From an uncultured Candidatus Saccharibacteria bacterium (lineage in GTDB: Bacteria > Patescibacteriota > Minisyncoccia > Phycocordibacterales > UBA1006), in the NCBI GenBank assembly GCA_964601935.1, contig CAZROP010000001.1, positions 98,428 through 162,427 of the forward strand: a stretch of DNA of 64,000 nucleotides, read 5' to 3'. Position 1 is the stretch's first letter, and each line of letters opens with the position of its first letter. Positions 61,569 through 64,000 of this stretch are shown here, one piece after another. A program made the translations under genes and the position numbers. Below the pieces are notes generated by a model. It ran no database searches. It worked only from the letters and a program-made list of their open reading frames with translations, and was not told the origin of the DNA.

Positions 61569-62072
61569 CTAGACTTTATGTTTACAACTTTTTACTACAC
61601 CATAGATCGCAATAATTAATGAGAATACTTGATAAGCTACAAAGAACTGTTGCCCCTTCTCCAGAGTGACATAGACTATAAGTAGGTGAGTAAATACCCA
61701 TATGATCCAACCAGTTCTATCTCTATTATGAGCAAGGAAATATACCCCAAATACTGCACCGACCGAGCTGACTCCTTCGAGAATCGTGAGCACCCCTGAA
61801 AAAGAAAAGTACGTAAGTGTAAGGCACAAAATACCCGTTAAAGCCTGTATTGTGTCGCTAATTGACTTTTTACTTTTGCCGGTTAATCCATAACCCATCA
61901 ATACGAGCAAACCAATCTCCAGCCCAGAAAAGACATATAACTGTACAGCATAGAAATAAATAACAGAAATTATCCCAGCGACAATTCCCACTATCCAGGC
62001 AACTCGCTTGTCGTTTCGCAACAGAAATACCTTGTGAACAAGTGATAATAGAGTAGTTACAATTTGGAGCAT
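61569..62072 (-). CDS. PnuC-like membrane protein
   Basis: Two internal repeats with W-x-x-G/W...YG patterns; about 6 TM. Confidence 0.55.
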   Translation of the reverse strand: MLQIVTTLLSLVHKVFLLRNDKRVAWIVGIVAGIISVIYFYAVQLYVFSGLEIGLLVLMGYGLTGKSKKSISDTIQALTGILCLTLTYFSFSGVLTILEGVSSVGAVFGVYFLAHNRDRTGWIIWVFTHLLIVYVTLEKGQQFFVAYQVFSLIIAIYGVVKSCKHKV

Positions 62073-62095
62073 ATAGCAATATCTTGAAATAAAAA

Positions 62096-63016
62096 CTAAT
62101 GAGTTGCAGCCGAGGGTCTGTCTACAGAATCAGCAACATCACTACTTCCACCTGCAAATTTCATATACATACGCTTTGGGAAACGAAAATCGAGATACTC
62201 TAGTAATGCCGGGTTCGCTGTAAACTGGCTGGAAAATGGCTGGAACGTCGAAAGTCTGTCCAGGCTTGCAGTAATATATGCCAGCTGAACCGTATCGCCC
62301 AGACTTTCCCGATTGAATTTCAGTGACGCAGTGTCTGCAACGAGAGAATAATCATATAATTTGTCTACCTCTATCTGCATATCACGTCGCGTGTAGCGCA
62401 CTACATAGGGACGCGCGAACGACTGCACTACACTCATGACGTTATTGTATTGGTCTACCTCTGCCTGACTCCACAAACGCACAGGCAATGATTCGCCTAC
62501 TATACCAATTGATATTTTTGTAGTATCGGGAAGAACGGTCGGCAAATATCGCACGTCAGACAACAATGGTGCACGCTCGAACAGTACACTGTTCTTGTCG
62601 GCAAAATAGCAATATTGATACGCTGCATCTAGACAAAACCTGAATGCAATATCTCGCTCTTGAACTACAACAGACAAAGTGCCCTCTGAGTACACCAAAG
62701 ACACCCTATCGATACGAGGAAACTCCACCGATAGCCGACGGGAGGTATATTCTGTGGGAAGCCATAGCCCATATCCACACGGCGCATGCAGGAAACAGTC
62801 TTCTTGAAGTGCTTGTTCCAAGACTATCTGAATGTCAGCGCTATCAATCGCACGCGTACCGGTAACATGTATCGTATCTATACGCGAATACCCTTCGCGG
62901 GTTATGACAAATACCCCTGCGGCTATTACAAATCCGACAAACGCACCTATTAACAACCCATACATGATGCTGTAGAGCATCGATGATGCTGGATTGTGTT
63001 TTCGACGAGAACTCAT
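62096..63016 (-). CDS. ftsQ: FtsQ/DivIB-like cell division protein
   Basis: Basic N-terminus, TM, POTRA (IDTIHVTG...V-x-ER), C-terminal YLDFRF. Confidence 0.72.
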   Translation of the reverse strand: MSSRRKHNPASSMLYSIMYGLLIGAFVGFVIAAGVFVITREGYSRIDTIHVTGTRAIDSADIQIVLEQALQEDCFLHAPCGYGLWLPTEYTSRRLSVEFPRIDRVSLVYSEGTLSVVVQERDIAFRFCLDAAYQYCYFADKNSVLFERAPLLSDVRYLPTVLPDTTKISIGIVGESLPVRLWSQAEVDQYNNVMSVVQSFARPYVVRYTRRDMQIEVDKLYDYSLVADTASLKFNRESLGDTVQLAYITASLDRLSTFQPFSSQFTANPALLEYLDFRFPKRMYMKFAGGSSDVADSVDRPSAATH

Positions 63017-63081
63017 AGATATACCTAGTATACTGATATAGTTACCTCTACGCCAAGACTCTGTCCACGTGTCCGTGTAAA

Positions 63082-64000
63082 CTAGCCTATATATTCACGA
63101 CCTCCCATATATGGGCGTAGCGCCTCGGGTAGATGTATGCGACCATCGACTGTCTGATGATTCTCTACCAGCGACACCAAAATACGCGGCGTCGGAATAG
63201 CGGTACAGTTCAGTGAATGCGCAAATTGTAATGAGCCATCGGCGGCACGGTATCGAATGTTCAAGCGTCGTGTTTGGAAATCATGGAAATATGATGCAGA
63301 AGAAATCTCGCGATACGTCGACTCCTTTGGTACCCACAACTCGATATCGTACTGCTTCACTTTAGTGAGCCCCATATCACCCGTAGAATTCATAACCACC
63401 TGATACGGAATGCCGAATGTTTCTATGAACTCTTCTGTATTGTTCTGTATTTCTTTGTGGTATTTTTCTGACTCTGCATGCGATGCAGGGCACAACACAA
63501 CCTGTTCCCACTTCTGGAATTCATGTACGCGAATCAGGCCCTTCACATCTCTATTATAACTACCCACCTCTAGACGATAGCACGGAGAATAGCCCAACAT
63601 TTTTATAGGCAATTGGTCTTCAGCCAGAATCTCGTCCATATACATACCCATTAACGGAACTTCTGATGTGCCTACCAGATAATTACCGTCCTGTACCTGA
63701 TAAATGTCTGCCTCACCCTGAGGGATAAAACCGCACCCCTCGAGAGATTCGCGTCGTACCAGCATAGGAGGAATCACAGGATTATATCCACGCTTGCTCC
63801 AGAAATCGAGCGCGTACATCCATATTGCGAAACAAAGTCGCACACCATCGCCTTTTAGGAAATATCCACGAAATCCGTGCACTTTTACCCCTCGCTCGAA
63901 ATCAACCATGCCGAGTTTCGTCATAATATCAATATGATCTAACGGCTCGAAATCAAACTCCGGCTTGCGTCCCCAATGTTTTACCACTATGTTCGCTGAA
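63082..64000 (-). CDS. serS: Serine--tRNA ligase (3' part; start outside window)
   Basis: GTSEVPL, CYRLE, GLIRVHEFQK, YDIELW, EISSAS, HSLN. Confidence 0.96.
   Translation of the reverse strand, partial: SANIVVKHWGRKPEFDFEPLDHIDIMTKLGMVDFERGVKVHGFRGYFLKGDGVRLCFAIWMYALDFWSKRGYNPVIPPMLVRRESLEGCGFIPQGEADIYQVQDGNYLVGTSEVPLMGMYMDEILAEDQLPIKMLGYSPCYRLEVGSYNRDVKGLIRVHEFQKWEQVVLCPASHAESEKYHKEIQNNTEEFIETFGIPYQVVMNSTGDMGLTKVKQYDIELWVPKESTYREISSASYFHDFQTRRLNIRYRAADGSLQFAHSLNCTAIPTPRILVSLVENHQTVDGRIHLPEALRPYMGGREYIG

Overview
Core-chromosome segment of a reduced-genome bacterium. Gene content, pilins and conserved hypothetical families suggest Patescibacteria/CPR (Parcubacteria-like); this is an inference. 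The window is mostly housekeeping: murJ (partial), leuS, gatCA, ligA, ftsK, recA, infC, glyQS, nusA, ppa, gyrA, rodA, grpE-dnaK-dnaJ, trmD, fba, rpsF-ssb-rpsR, truB-like, dnaX, dus, ftsQ-like and serS (partial). The accessory part (9.1-22.4 kb) is a type IV pilin/prepilin peptidase cluster next to three tandem paralogous secreted PG-binding, S-layer-like genes. Each of the three has its own promoter-like motif, long leader and terminator, and two share an exactly identical 302-bp internal tract despite diverging elsewhere, consistent with gene conversion and possible surface variation. Other signals: a -10 box 7-9 nt before the ATG of many genes (leaderless-type initiation); a LeuRS with a rewritten editing site; a candidate ~75-nt sRNA upstream of leuS; a displaced duplicate 3' gene end bracketing an unannotated 26-aa peptide gene; a Doc toxin remnant; a GIY-YIG gene after recA; a 58-bp perfect palindrome. 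I found no tRNA, rRNA, CRISPR array, integrase or transposase. All calls come from motif recognition by eye; no searches were run.
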